Below are positions 38,498 to 47,215 of a stretch of 64,000 nt of DNA, in pieces. Every line of letters starts with the position of its first letter. Within the stretch, counting starts at the first letter, position 1. The stretch is from Candidatus Woesearchaeota archaeon (GTDB lineage: Archaea; Nanobdellota; Nanobdellia; Pacearchaeales; GW2011-AR1), in contig CAZXHH010000001.1 in assembly GCA_964639615.1 (NCBI GenBank), forward strand, positions 68,092 to 132,091, read 5' to 3'. The position numbers were made by a program, and so were the translations under genes. Under the pieces are notes generated by a model that was given only the letters and a program-made list of their open reading frames with translations, did no database searches and was not told the DNA's origin.

Positions 38498-39019
38498 ATG
38501 AAATCAAAAAAAGCTATTAGTGCAATTGTAGAATATGTTTTGCTTGTTACATTTGCTCTCGTAACTGGAGTTATTGTTTATTCTTTCATGAAAACATATG
38601 TTCCGCAAGAAGAATTAAACTGTCCTGATGGTTCCTCTCTTCAAATAAGCGAATATAATTACGATTGTGCAACAAACATGCTTTCAATTAAATTCACAAA
38701 TTCCGGAAGATTTAGTTTAGGCGGATATTTTATTTATACTACAAATAAACCAAATCAAGAATTAGCAACAATAGATTTAACAAAAAATAATACAGATATT
38801 AATTCGAGATTATCTCCAAATGGAATAAAATTTGGATTAATAGGAGTGGATAATTCTCTTGAGCCAAATCAAGAAGAAACAGATACATATAATTTAACAG
38901 GAATTTCTCAAGCATATTCAATACAAATTGTACCTATAAGATGGCAGGAAAAAAAGAACACTCAAATATTAGTCAGCTGTAAAAACGAAAAAATCAAAAA
39001 AACAATAGAATGTGCTTAA
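38498..39019 (+). CDS. Pilin-like paralog of the N-terminal domain of 37005..38492 (no Cys-rich extension)
   Basis: MKSKKAISAIVEYVLLVTFALVTGVIVY...YVPQEELNCPDGSS...GRFSLGGYFIY...LATID..KNNTD...PIRWQEKKN collinear with upstream gene residues 1-170. Confidence 0.55.
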   Translation: MKSKKAISAIVEYVLLVTFALVTGVIVYSFMKTYVPQEELNCPDGSSLQISEYNYDCATNMLSIKFTNSGRFSLGGYFIYTTNKPNQELATIDLTKNNTDINSRLSPNGIKFGLIGVDNSLEPNQEETDTYNLTGISQAYSIQIVPIRWQEKKNTQILVSCKNEKIKKTIECA

Positions 39020-39056
39020 TCAAAGAATTTAAAAATAATAGAGAATATAAAATAAA

Positions 39057-39539
39057 ATGAAAAAGAGGGCAAAGGGATTATCTCCTGTAATTGCAACTGT
39101 TCTTCTGGTTGCCATGGTTATCTCAATTGCGCTTATAGTATTTTTCTGGATTAAAGGTATGACTGAGGAAGCTGTTACAAAATTTGGAGATCAAAATATT
39201 CAATTAGTATGTGGCCAAGTTGCATTTGAAGCAAGCTACGACCAGGACACACTTTATATTACTAATCCTGGAAGTGTTCCAATATTTGGAATGAATGTTA
39301 AAGTTATTGGGGATGGAGAACATTCCACATTAGATTTAAGAGAAGATTCAATTACCTGGCCAGAAGCAGGTTTAAATCAGGGAGGAGTTTTTTCTAGTGA
39401 CCCTGCATCAGATTCTGAGTTAGTATTTAGTGAAGGGCAGGATATAGTTCTTGTTCCTGTACTTATTGGAGAAACGTCAACTGGAAGAAAAACTTATGTT
39501 TGTGATGAGAATCAATATGGACAAGAAATTACAATATAA
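39057..39539 (+). CDS. Archaeal type IV pilin (class III signal peptide)
   Basis: MKKRAKGLSPVIATVLLVAMVISIALIVFFW canonical archaeal prepilin N-terminus. Confidence 0.65.
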   Translation: MKKRAKGLSPVIATVLLVAMVISIALIVFFWIKGMTEEAVTKFGDQNIQLVCGQVAFEASYDQDTLYITNPGSVPIFGMNVKVIGDGEHSTLDLREDSITWPEAGLNQGGVFSSDPASDSELVFSEGQDIVLVPVLIGETSTGRKTYVCDENQYGQEITI

Positions 39540-40053
39540 GAATAAAGGGCTCTCAACTGTTATTGCTACTGTTTTACTTATTGCTTTAGTTATGGCAACT
39601 TCGACAATTGTCTGGGTCTCAACGAATAAATTAATAGACAGCAAAACCAAAGGAACTCAAGAATGTTTTAAAATAGCCTCTTCTGAAAACGTTGTTTTAA
39701 ATGAAGAGTATACTTGTTTTAACCCTACAACTGATGAAGTTCAATTTTCTTTAGATATTGGAGATGTTGAAATAGATGGTGTTGTTATTTCAATTTTAGT
39801 CGGAGGAAATTCAAAAGTTTTCACTTTGACAAATACTCTCCAAGTAATTAGCGATATAAGGCCTTACAAAGGGGTGGTTGGAGATGCAGTTAAACTTCCT
39901 GGAAAAAATGAGGGAAAAACATATATTGCGAGTGGATTTACAGAATCCGAAGTAATACAATGGATAAAAATTGCTCCTATAATCGATGATAAACAGTGTG
40001 ATATGACTGATGAAGTTTACAAAGTTGTTGATTGTAATCTGCTAGTAAATTAA
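39517..40053 (+). CDS. Archaeal type IV pilin (class III signal peptide)
   Basis: MDKKLQYKNKGLSTVIATVLLIALVMATSTIVWV; start overlaps upstream gene end by 23 nt. Confidence 0.6.
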   Translation: MDKKLQYKNKGLSTVIATVLLIALVMATSTIVWVSTNKLIDSKTKGTQECFKIASSENVVLNEEYTCFNPTTDEVQFSLDIGDVEIDGVVISILVGGNSKVFTLTNTLQVISDIRPYKGVVGDAVKLPGKNEGKTYIASGFTESEVIQWIKIAPIIDDKQCDMTDEVYKVVDCNLLVN

Positions 40054-40092
40054 GATGAAAAATATTATAAAGCAAATCTTATTTAATTTAAT

Positions 40093-40641
40093 ATGAAAAA
40101 AGGTGATTTGAAGAAATCTTTAGTTGGTTGCAAAGGGCAAGTTTGGATTGAAACTGTAATTTACCTTCTTATAGCACTGGTTATGATTAGTTTAGTATTA
40201 GCGTTTGTAAAACCTAAAATTGAAGAACTTCGAGATCAAGCAATAATTGACCAATCAATTGAAATACTAAAAAATATTGACAATTCTATACTTACAATGG
40301 GTGAAGCTGGAAACAAAAGAGTTCTTGAAATTGGAATTAAAAAAGGTACGCTTACAATTGATTCTATAAATGATAATATAATTTTTGAAATTGACAGCAG
40401 ATACTTATATACTGAAGTAGGTCAAACAGTTAATTTAGGAAATATTCAAGCAACTACAGAAGATAAAGGGAAGAACAATCTTGTAACATTAAAAAGAGAT
40501 TTTAGTGAAGAATATAATTTAACTTACAAGGGAGAAGAGAATGCTAAAACCTTTCCCAAATCATCAACTCCTTACACAATCTCTTTGACTAATAAGGGAG
40601 AGTTTTCAAATAAAATAAAGATTGATTTTGATATCCAATAA
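40093..40641 (+). CDS. Pilin-like protein (class III signal peptide)
   Basis: MKKGDLKKSLVGCKGQVWIETVIYLLIALVMISLVLAFV. Confidence 0.5.
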   Translation: MKKGDLKKSLVGCKGQVWIETVIYLLIALVMISLVLAFVKPKIEELRDQAIIDQSIEILKNIDNSILTMGEAGNKRVLEIGIKKGTLTIDSINDNIIFEIDSRYLYTEVGQTVNLGNIQATTEDKGKNNLVTLKRDFSEEYNLTYKGEENAKTFPKSSTPYTISLTNKGEFSNKIKIDFDIQ

Positions 40642-40642
40642 A

Positions 40643-42199
40643 ATGCCAGTAAAAAGTACAGCAATAAAAGACTATCCAAGACCAAAAATAAACTTTAATC
40701 CAGTTGTTCCTCCATTAAAGAGAATTAAAGATAAAACTAAAGTTGATGTAAGATATTGCTTAATCTCTCCTTATACTTTCGTGCATATTCATTGGGATCC
40801 TAAGGTTTATGAAATTGTATATGATATTGAAGAGCCAATTTTAACAGATGAAGAAGAAAAACAGAAAAATGAAATTATGCTTGCAATGAATAATATCATT
40901 GATTTTGAAACAGTTGTTGAAAAAGAAAGAGAAAAACTTCTTGAATATATTGATAAAAGATTCAAAATACTTGCAATAGAACTTGGAATGGAATTATCTT
41001 ATGAAACTTACAAAAAAATATTTTATTACTTATGTAGAGATTTTATGGGTTTTAATGAAGCAGAACCTCTTTTAAGAGATTATTTTGTGGAAGATATTGA
41101 ATGTAATGGTGCAAATTCTCCAATATATATTGTTCACAGAATTTATAGAAATATGAAAACTAGCTTAGTATTTAATGATATGGATAGACTTCAAAGTTTT
41201 GTTGAAAAACTTGCACAAAGATGTGGAAAATATATTTCGTATGCGAAGCCAATTTTAGATGGAAGTCTTCCAGATGGTTCCAGAGTTAATGCTACATATA
41301 CGAAGGATATTACAAGTAAAGGTCCAACATTCACAATCAGAAAGTTCACAAAAACTCCGTGGACTCCTCCTCAATTAATTGCTTTTGGAACATTAAGTCC
41401 TGAAATTCTTGCATATTTGTGGTTATTAGTTCAGTATAAAATGAATATCTTAATTACAGGTGGAACCTCTGCAGGAAAAACAACTCTTCTTAATGCTATT
41501 GCTTTCTTTATCCCTCCTGAATCAAGAGTGGTTTCAATTGAAGATACACGTGAATTAAATCTTCCAAGAGACAACTGGCTACCTAGTGTTGCGAGAAGTT
41601 CTACAGGTGTTGGTACAACAGGAGAAATTAGCTTGTTTGATTTATTGAGAAGTTCATTCAGACAAAACCCAGATTATGTAATTGTGGGAGAAGTTAGAGG
41701 TGCAGAGGCATCAGTATTATTCCAGGGAATGGCTTCAGGACACTCATCAATCAGTACAATTCACGCAGATTCTGTTGATACATTAATTAAAAGATTAGAA
41801 ACTCCTCCAATTGAACTTTCACCTACGCTTCTTAATGTTCTTGATTGTGTATGTATTATGACTCATGCAATAGTAAATAAAGAAGAAACCAGAAAATTAA
41901 AAGAAGTTGTTGAAATAATGAACGTAACTCTTGACGGTATTGCTCTTACAAATACTCCATTTATGTGGAATGCGCTTGAAAATGAATTCTATTCTAAGAA
42001 AAATAGTAAAATTTACGAAAAAATTAGAAAAAGATATGGTATTAAGGTTGAAGACTTAGAAATTGAATTTAGAAAAAGAGTTCAATTATTATATAATTTA
42101 TATCAAAGAAAAATATTCAAATTTGAAGAAGTTCAGGATATAGTAAATGAATACTACAAAAAACCTCAGGAAATTTTGAAAAAATACGGGGTAGAATAA
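40643..42199 (+). CDS. Type IV pilus / archaellum-family assembly ATPase (PilB/FlaI/TadA superfamily)
   Basis: Walker A GGTSAGKTT, Asp box, Walker B DYVIVGEVRG, His box HSSISTIHA; 518 aa. Confidence 0.85.
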   Translation: MPVKSTAIKDYPRPKINFNPVVPPLKRIKDKTKVDVRYCLISPYTFVHIHWDPKVYEIVYDIEEPILTDEEEKQKNEIMLAMNNIIDFETVVEKEREKLLEYIDKRFKILAIELGMELSYETYKKIFYYLCRDFMGFNEAEPLLRDYFVEDIECNGANSPIYIVHRIYRNMKTSLVFNDMDRLQSFVEKLAQRCGKYISYAKPILDGSLPDGSRVNATYTKDITSKGPTFTIRKFTKTPWTPPQLIAFGTLSPEILAYLWLLVQYKMNILITGGTSAGKTTLLNAIAFFIPPESRVVSIEDTRELNLPRDNWLPSVARSSTGVGTTGEISLFDLLRSSFRQNPDYVIVGEVRGAEASVLFQGMASGHSSISTIHADSVDTLIKRLETPPIELSPTLLNVLDCVCIMTHAIVNKEETRKLKEVVEIMNVTLDGIALTNTPFMWNALENEFYSKKNSKIYEKIRKRYGIKVEDLEIEFRKRVQLLYNLYQRKIFKFEEVQDIVNEYYKKPQEILKKYGVE

Positions 42200-42236
42200 T
42201 CAAAATATTTAATAAGACAAAATTACTTTTTCTAAG

Positions 42237-42419
42237 ATGGATAAAGAGGTTGAAAAAGAAGAGGGTCCAGCTAGTTTTTTGAAACAACTTGTAGCAACTT
42301 TAGAAGATGCAAGTTTGAAATTAGAACAAGCTTACAAAAACGACAAAGCTGAACAAGTTAGTGCAATAAAGCAATTTATTCTAAGAATACAGACTAAAAT
42401 TGACGAGGAATTAAAATAA
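42237..42419 (+). CDS. Small helical protein between ATPase and platform genes
   Basis: 60 aa ORF, stop overlaps start of next gene. Confidence 0.3.
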   Translation: MDKEVEKEEGPASFLKQLVATLEDASLKLEQAYKNDKAEQVSAIKQFILRIQTKIDEELK

Positions 42420-43757
42420 ATGGCAAAAAAAGATATGAGAATAATAGCTGAATTAAAGGAAGTCATTTCAAAAGAGAAAAAGATAGTTTCTGAACTTACT
42501 TCTATTCAAAAATATTATAATGAAGCGAGCGAAGGGGAAAAAGGTATGCTAGATTCTCAAATTAAATCCATGAAGGATAATTTGAAACAAACAAATTCTC
42601 AAATTCCAGTTATTTTAGATAAAATACTTACTGCAAAAAAATTAAATCCGGATTGGGAATCTACAGCAGAAAGAGCAGAAGACAAGTGGGCAGATAAAAA
42701 TAAACTTACAAATAAAAATGCTGCTGCAAAACCAAAACAACAAATTCTTCCTTATACTGAAAGAGGATATTCTCTAAGGGAATTGAAACCAACTGTTCTA
42801 GAAAAACAAACAATTAAAAGAATGAAAGAAAAAGACATCAAAAAAGAAGAAATAAAAGAACAGCAAGCTAATGTTTATGTTAAATTTGCTAACAAACTAT
42901 TCTCTAACTACTCTGAGCAGATGGTTAAAGATAAAACATTTGAATTAGAGAGGGATTTAATAAAAGCAAATCTCCCATATACTGAAAGAAGTTATATCTC
43001 AATGATTTTTCTTACTACACTAATAGCAATCGTTGCTAGTATAATTATTGCTCTTTTTTTCCTATTTTTCAATTTAAGTGCATCAATGCCAATAATATCT
43101 AAAGCAACAGATATTGCTCCAAGAATTTGGAAAGTTCTTCTTATTGTTTTATTCGCCCCAATTTTAACTTTTATTTTTATGTATACTTATCCTGGATTGG
43201 AAAGAGGAGCATCAGAATCAAGAATAAATGAAGAATTGCCTTTTGCAACAATTCACATGTCTGCTATTTCTGGTTCTATGATTGACCCTAGCAAGATATT
43301 TGATATTATAATTACAACTCATGAATATCCTTATCTTGAAAAGGAATTCAAAAAACTCCTTAATGAAATAAATCTCTATGGATATGATTTAGTAAGTGCT
43401 TTAAGAACAAGTTCATTTAATTCTCCAAGTAAAAAACTTGCGGAACTATTTAATGGTCTTGCAACAACAATAAATTCTGGAGGAGATTTGCCAGCTTTCT
43501 TTGATAAAAGATCACAGACATTATTATTTGAAAACAGACTTGAACAAGAAAAAAAGACAAAGGCCGCAGAAACTTTTATGGATATGTACATTAGCTTAGT
43601 TGTTGCTGCACCAATGATTTTAATGATTTTACTTATGATGATGAAGATTAGTGGACTTGGAATTTCAATGAGTACTCAAATGATCACAGTTGTTATGGTA
43701 ATGGCTGTTGCAGGTATAAATGCAGTCTTCCTTACCTTCCTTCAATTAAAAAGATAA
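42420..43757 (+). CDS. TadC/FlaJ-like membrane platform protein (T2SSF domain)
   Basis: Long cytoplasmic coiled N-region then TM helices and LATTINSGGDLPAFFDKRSQTL T2SSF-like motif. Confidence 0.6.
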   Translation: MAKKDMRIIAELKEVISKEKKIVSELTSIQKYYNEASEGEKGMLDSQIKSMKDNLKQTNSQIPVILDKILTAKKLNPDWESTAERAEDKWADKNKLTNKNAAAKPKQQILPYTERGYSLRELKPTVLEKQTIKRMKEKDIKKEEIKEQQANVYVKFANKLFSNYSEQMVKDKTFELERDLIKANLPYTERSYISMIFLTTLIAIVASIIIALFFLFFNLSASMPIISKATDIAPRIWKVLLIVLFAPILTFIFMYTYPGLERGASESRINEELPFATIHMSAISGSMIDPSKIFDIIITTHEYPYLEKEFKKLLNEINLYGYDLVSALRTSSFNSPSKKLAELFNGLATTINSGGDLPAFFDKRSQTLLFENRLEQEKKTKAAETFMDMYISLVVAAPMILMILLMMMKISGLGISMSTQMITVVMVMAVAGINAVFLTFLQLKR

Positions 43758-43823
43758 AATGAACAATAAACATTGTATATGTCCTCATAAATTCCGGATA
43801 CAAAATCCAGGAGATTTTGCATA

Positions 43824-44693
43824 ATGGAGATAAAAAACGCACATATAATTGGAATAGTAGTAGGAGTTATAATCGTAGGTTTGTCTTTTTTACTTAGGGG
43901 AACTGATTACTTCTTTTTAACTATAGGAGTAGGAGTTCTTTCTGGAGCCTTGCCTTTTGTAATTAGTTTGATTGCTGAGACAAAGGCTGAAAATGAAAAG
44001 GAAGAGATGTTCTTAGAATTTACAAGAAATCTTGTTGAAAGTGTAAAAACAGGAACTCCTATTAGTAGAAGCATTATTAATCTTAAAGGAAAATCATTCG
44101 GTGTTTTAGGCCCGCATATTAAAAAACTTGCAAATCAGATTTCTTTAGGTATACCAATAAATTCTGCACTTCAAGTTTTTGCTAAAGATGTAGATAATCA
44201 GACTGTATCAAGAACAATAATCTTAATTGGACAAGCTGAAAGAGCAGGAGGAGAGATTGGAGAAATTCTTGAGGCAGTTGCAGAAGCTGTAAGTATTTCA
44301 GATAAGATTAAGAAAGAAAGAAAGGCTGCAATTTCAACACTAGTAGTCCAGGGCTATATTATTTTCTTTGTGTTCATGATGATTATTCTTATAATGCAAT
44401 TTCAAATTCTTCCAATGGTTTCTGGTATTGCAGATTTAGGAGCAATTGGGGGAGGAAATTTTGGTGGAGTCGCAATAAGTGGAAATGCAGGTATTGAAGA
44501 AGATGAAATGTCTAAATCTTTCCTATATCTTCTTTTAATTCAGGGTTTTTTTACAGGATTAACTGTGGGTAAATTAGGTGAAGGCTCAATAAAAGCTGGA
44601 ATAAAACACTCTTTTGCTTTAATGGTAATTTCTTTTACAGTTTCTTCACTAGCGAATATAATTTTTGGTGGAGCAGCTGCAGCAGCAGCTTAA
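43824..44693 (+). CDS. Second TadC/FlaJ-like membrane platform protein (T2SSF domain)
   Basis: TM helices flanking LANQISLGIPINSALQVFAKD...GQAERAGGEIGEILEAVAE T2SSF-like segment. Confidence 0.55.
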   Translation: MEIKNAHIIGIVVGVIIVGLSFLLRGTDYFFLTIGVGVLSGALPFVISLIAETKAENEKEEMFLEFTRNLVESVKTGTPISRSIINLKGKSFGVLGPHIKKLANQISLGIPINSALQVFAKDVDNQTVSRTIILIGQAERAGGEIGEILEAVAEAVSISDKIKKERKAAISTLVVQGYIIFFVFMMIILIMQFQILPMVSGIADLGAIGGGNFGGVAISGNAGIEEDEMSKSFLYLLLIQGFFTGLTVGKLGEGSIKAGIKHSFALMVISFTVSSLANIIFGGAAAAAA

Positions 44694-44848
44694 ATATAAT
44701 TAACTTCTCTGAAACTTAATAAATAAAGAAAAAGGATTATTCATCATAATATTTTATTATTAGTTAATTAGCAAGACAATTCTAAAACATTGTTCAACTG
44801 ATAAATGATGAAAATGAATTTTATCACTAACTAAATTTCTCTCAAAGA

Positions 44849-45787
44849 TTAATCACCCTCATCAAATATATCTTTAGCTAAAGCGTAAATTTCCTTTGAA
44901 GACCTTATTATAGCCGAGTGTGCTTTAACTCTCTTTTTTAATGGAACATCTATTGTTTTAGTTTCTATTACTACTACGCTCTTTGCATCTGGTCCTTTTT
45001 TTATCTTCCCGTCAACAATAATCTTCTCAGAAGAAAGTAATTCATCTATTGAACCATCATTTATATCTGACACGACTCCTTTTACTATCTTTTCATTAAA
45101 AGAGGTTATCCCACTATTGTAAAATTTAAATCCTTCTTTTTTTAGAATATTTACTATTTTTCTTGCAATAGGATCGTAAACTTTCAATTTTCCGTGAGAG
45201 TAAATATATTGTTTTTTAGCACTCTCATCCTCATGAAAATCTAAAACTAATAATGGGGGATAATTTTCAGAATGTTGGATGATATATGAAGAAAGTTCTT
45301 CTGATTCTTTATTTATTGCTTTAGCTGCCTGAGCTTTTCCTGTCTTTTCATCTATAAGAACATGCTCTGATGCACTTACACTTGGAACATCTAACTGGTT
45401 TAATTTTAAATTTCTTCTTTTCAGTGTTGGATATCTCCAATCTCTCCTATATCCAGAAGGATTGCATAATGGGAGAAGGACTATTGGAATTCTTTTAGCC
45501 AATTTATTTAGGTATCTTATGTTCTTTGCAATGGCATTAACTCCTGCGGGCTCTTCACCATGTACTCCAGATATAATCCACAAGGCAGGCCCTTTGTTTC
45601 TTGTTCTAAATGATAGAAGAGGTAAAAACTTCCGTTTATTCTCTTTCATATCTACTCTTTGAGAGCATAAAATTTCTTTTATCCACCTAGAGTCTTTAAG
45701 CCTAGAGAGTCTTCTATAAACTTCTATTATAGACATTCTTCCATCTTTTTTATAAGTTGGAACATTAGGAAAATTAATTTCTACCAT
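44849..45787 (-). CDS. Zinc carboxypeptidase-like protein (M14 / AstE-AspA family)
   Basis: ALWIISGVHGEEPAGVNAI HxxE zinc motif; second His in DFHEDE. Confidence 0.45.
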   Translation of the reverse strand: MVEINFPNVPTYKKDGRMSIIEVYRRLSRLKDSRWIKEILCSQRVDMKENKRKFLPLLSFRTRNKGPALWIISGVHGEEPAGVNAIAKNIRYLNKLAKRIPIVLLPLCNPSGYRRDWRYPTLKRRNLKLNQLDVPSVSASEHVLIDEKTGKAQAAKAINKESEELSSYIIQHSENYPPLLVLDFHEDESAKKQYIYSHGKLKVYDPIARKIVNILKKEGFKFYNSGITSFNEKIVKGVVSDINDGSIDELLSSEKIIVDGKIKKGPDAKSVVVIETKTIDVPLKKRVKAHSAIIRSSKEIYALAKDIFDEGD

Positions 45788-45943
45788 CTTAAAATGTTAA
45801 ATTTAATTAATATAAGATAGCCGAAGAGATTAATAAAGGTTTTTACGACGTTATTTTTAAAAATATCCTATTTTTTACCCATATTTTTGAATCAAATTTA
45901 AAACAATCCTAACATTTTTAAATGAAAGAAGTATTATATTTAT

Positions 45944-46252
45944 ATGAGAAAGGTGGCTGGAGAATTTAAAGAATTCTTAAAAGAGTATAAAGTTATCCCT
46001 TTGGCAATAGCTTTTATTATGGGTGTTGCTGCAACTGCACTTATTCAATCTTTTGTAAATAATCTTATAATGCCAATTATTACTCCATTTATACCTGGAG
46101 GAGCTTGGCAAACTGCAACATTTGCATTAGGAAGAGTTGTAATAAGCTGGGGAGCACTTCTAGCAGCAATTATAAATTTTATAATAATAGCATTAGTTGT
46201 TTTCTTAATTGCAAAATATCTCTTTAAGGAAGAAAAAGTTACTAAGAAGTAA
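45944..46252 (+). CDS. mscL: Large-conductance mechanosensitive channel
   Basis: FKEFLKEYKVIPLAIAFIMGVAATALIQSFVNNLIMPIITPFIPGG typical MscL TM1-loop; 102 aa. Confidence 0.75.
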   Translation: MRKVAGEFKEFLKEYKVIPLAIAFIMGVAATALIQSFVNNLIMPIITPFIPGGAWQTATFALGRVVISWGALLAAIINFIIIALVVFLIAKYLFKEEKVTKK

Positions 46253-46264
46253 TTATTTTATAAA

Positions 46265-47215
46265 ATGATTATTTTAAATTTAATTTTATCTTTAATTTTT
46301 ATTTTTATACTTGTAAAGTCTGCAGATTATGCAATAAAATATTCTTCAAAAATAGCAAAAGCATTAAAGTTTCCAGAATTTATTGTTAGTTTTTTTATAA
46401 TTGCAATAATTTCTGTTCTTCCAGAAGCAACAATTTCTATAATGTCTGCTATTGAAGGAGTTCCAGAAATTGGAATGGGAACTCTCCTTGGTTCAAATAT
46501 TGCAGATTTAACTCTTGTTTTTGGAATAGTTGCTCTTTTTTCTTCTGGTGGAATAAAAGTTAAAAGTAAGATATTAAGAAATGATTTTATTTATCTCATA
46601 TTACTTTTATGCCCTTTATTGCTTGGATTTGATGGCAGACTCTCAAGAATAGATGGTTCAATTTTAGTTATTTTGGGTATATTCTTCTATTTTAAAATAT
46701 ATAAAGAAAGGAAAAAATTTCATAAAAAATTTACTCAGGAAAAAAAAGGCCCTTTTATAAAAAGTCTCTTGCTTCTTATATTAAGTATCCTTGTTTTGCT
46801 AGTAAGTGCATTTTTTACTGTAAAATATGCACAAAATTTTGCTTATGATATAAATATACCTTCAATACTTGTTGGAATAACTTTTCTTGCTTTAGGAACA
46901 TGTCTTCCAGAATTAATTTTCTCAATAAAAGCTGTAAGAAAAAATCATGATGAACTTGCACTTGGAGATATATTGGGCACTGTTATTACAGATATAACAA
47001 TCATTCTTGGAATAGTTGCTTTAATAAATCCTTTCAATTATAATCCTCCTAGTCTTTATGTAATAGGCGGAGCAATGTTTTTAGCAGGAGTCTTTGCAGT
47101 AGGTTTTATGAGATCAGATCATTCAATAAATAAAAAAGAAGGAGTAATTCTCATTATCTTCTATATCTTATTTGTATTTACAGAATTTTTTGCAAATCAT
47201 ATAATAAATCTATAA
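46265..47215 (+). CDS. Na+/Ca2+ exchanger (CaCA family)
   Basis: Two alpha-repeats GTLLGSNIADLTLVFG and GDILGTVITDITIILG. Confidence 0.75.
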   Translation: MIILNLILSLIFIFILVKSADYAIKYSSKIAKALKFPEFIVSFFIIAIISVLPEATISIMSAIEGVPEIGMGTLLGSNIADLTLVFGIVALFSSGGIKVKSKILRNDFIYLILLLCPLLLGFDGRLSRIDGSILVILGIFFYFKIYKERKKFHKKFTQEKKGPFIKSLLLLILSILVLLVSAFFTVKYAQNFAYDINIPSILVGITFLALGTCLPELIFSIKAVRKNHDELALGDILGTVITDITIILGIVALINPFNYNPPSLYVIGGAMFLAGVFAVGFMRSDHSINKKEGVILIIFYILFVFTEFFANHIINL

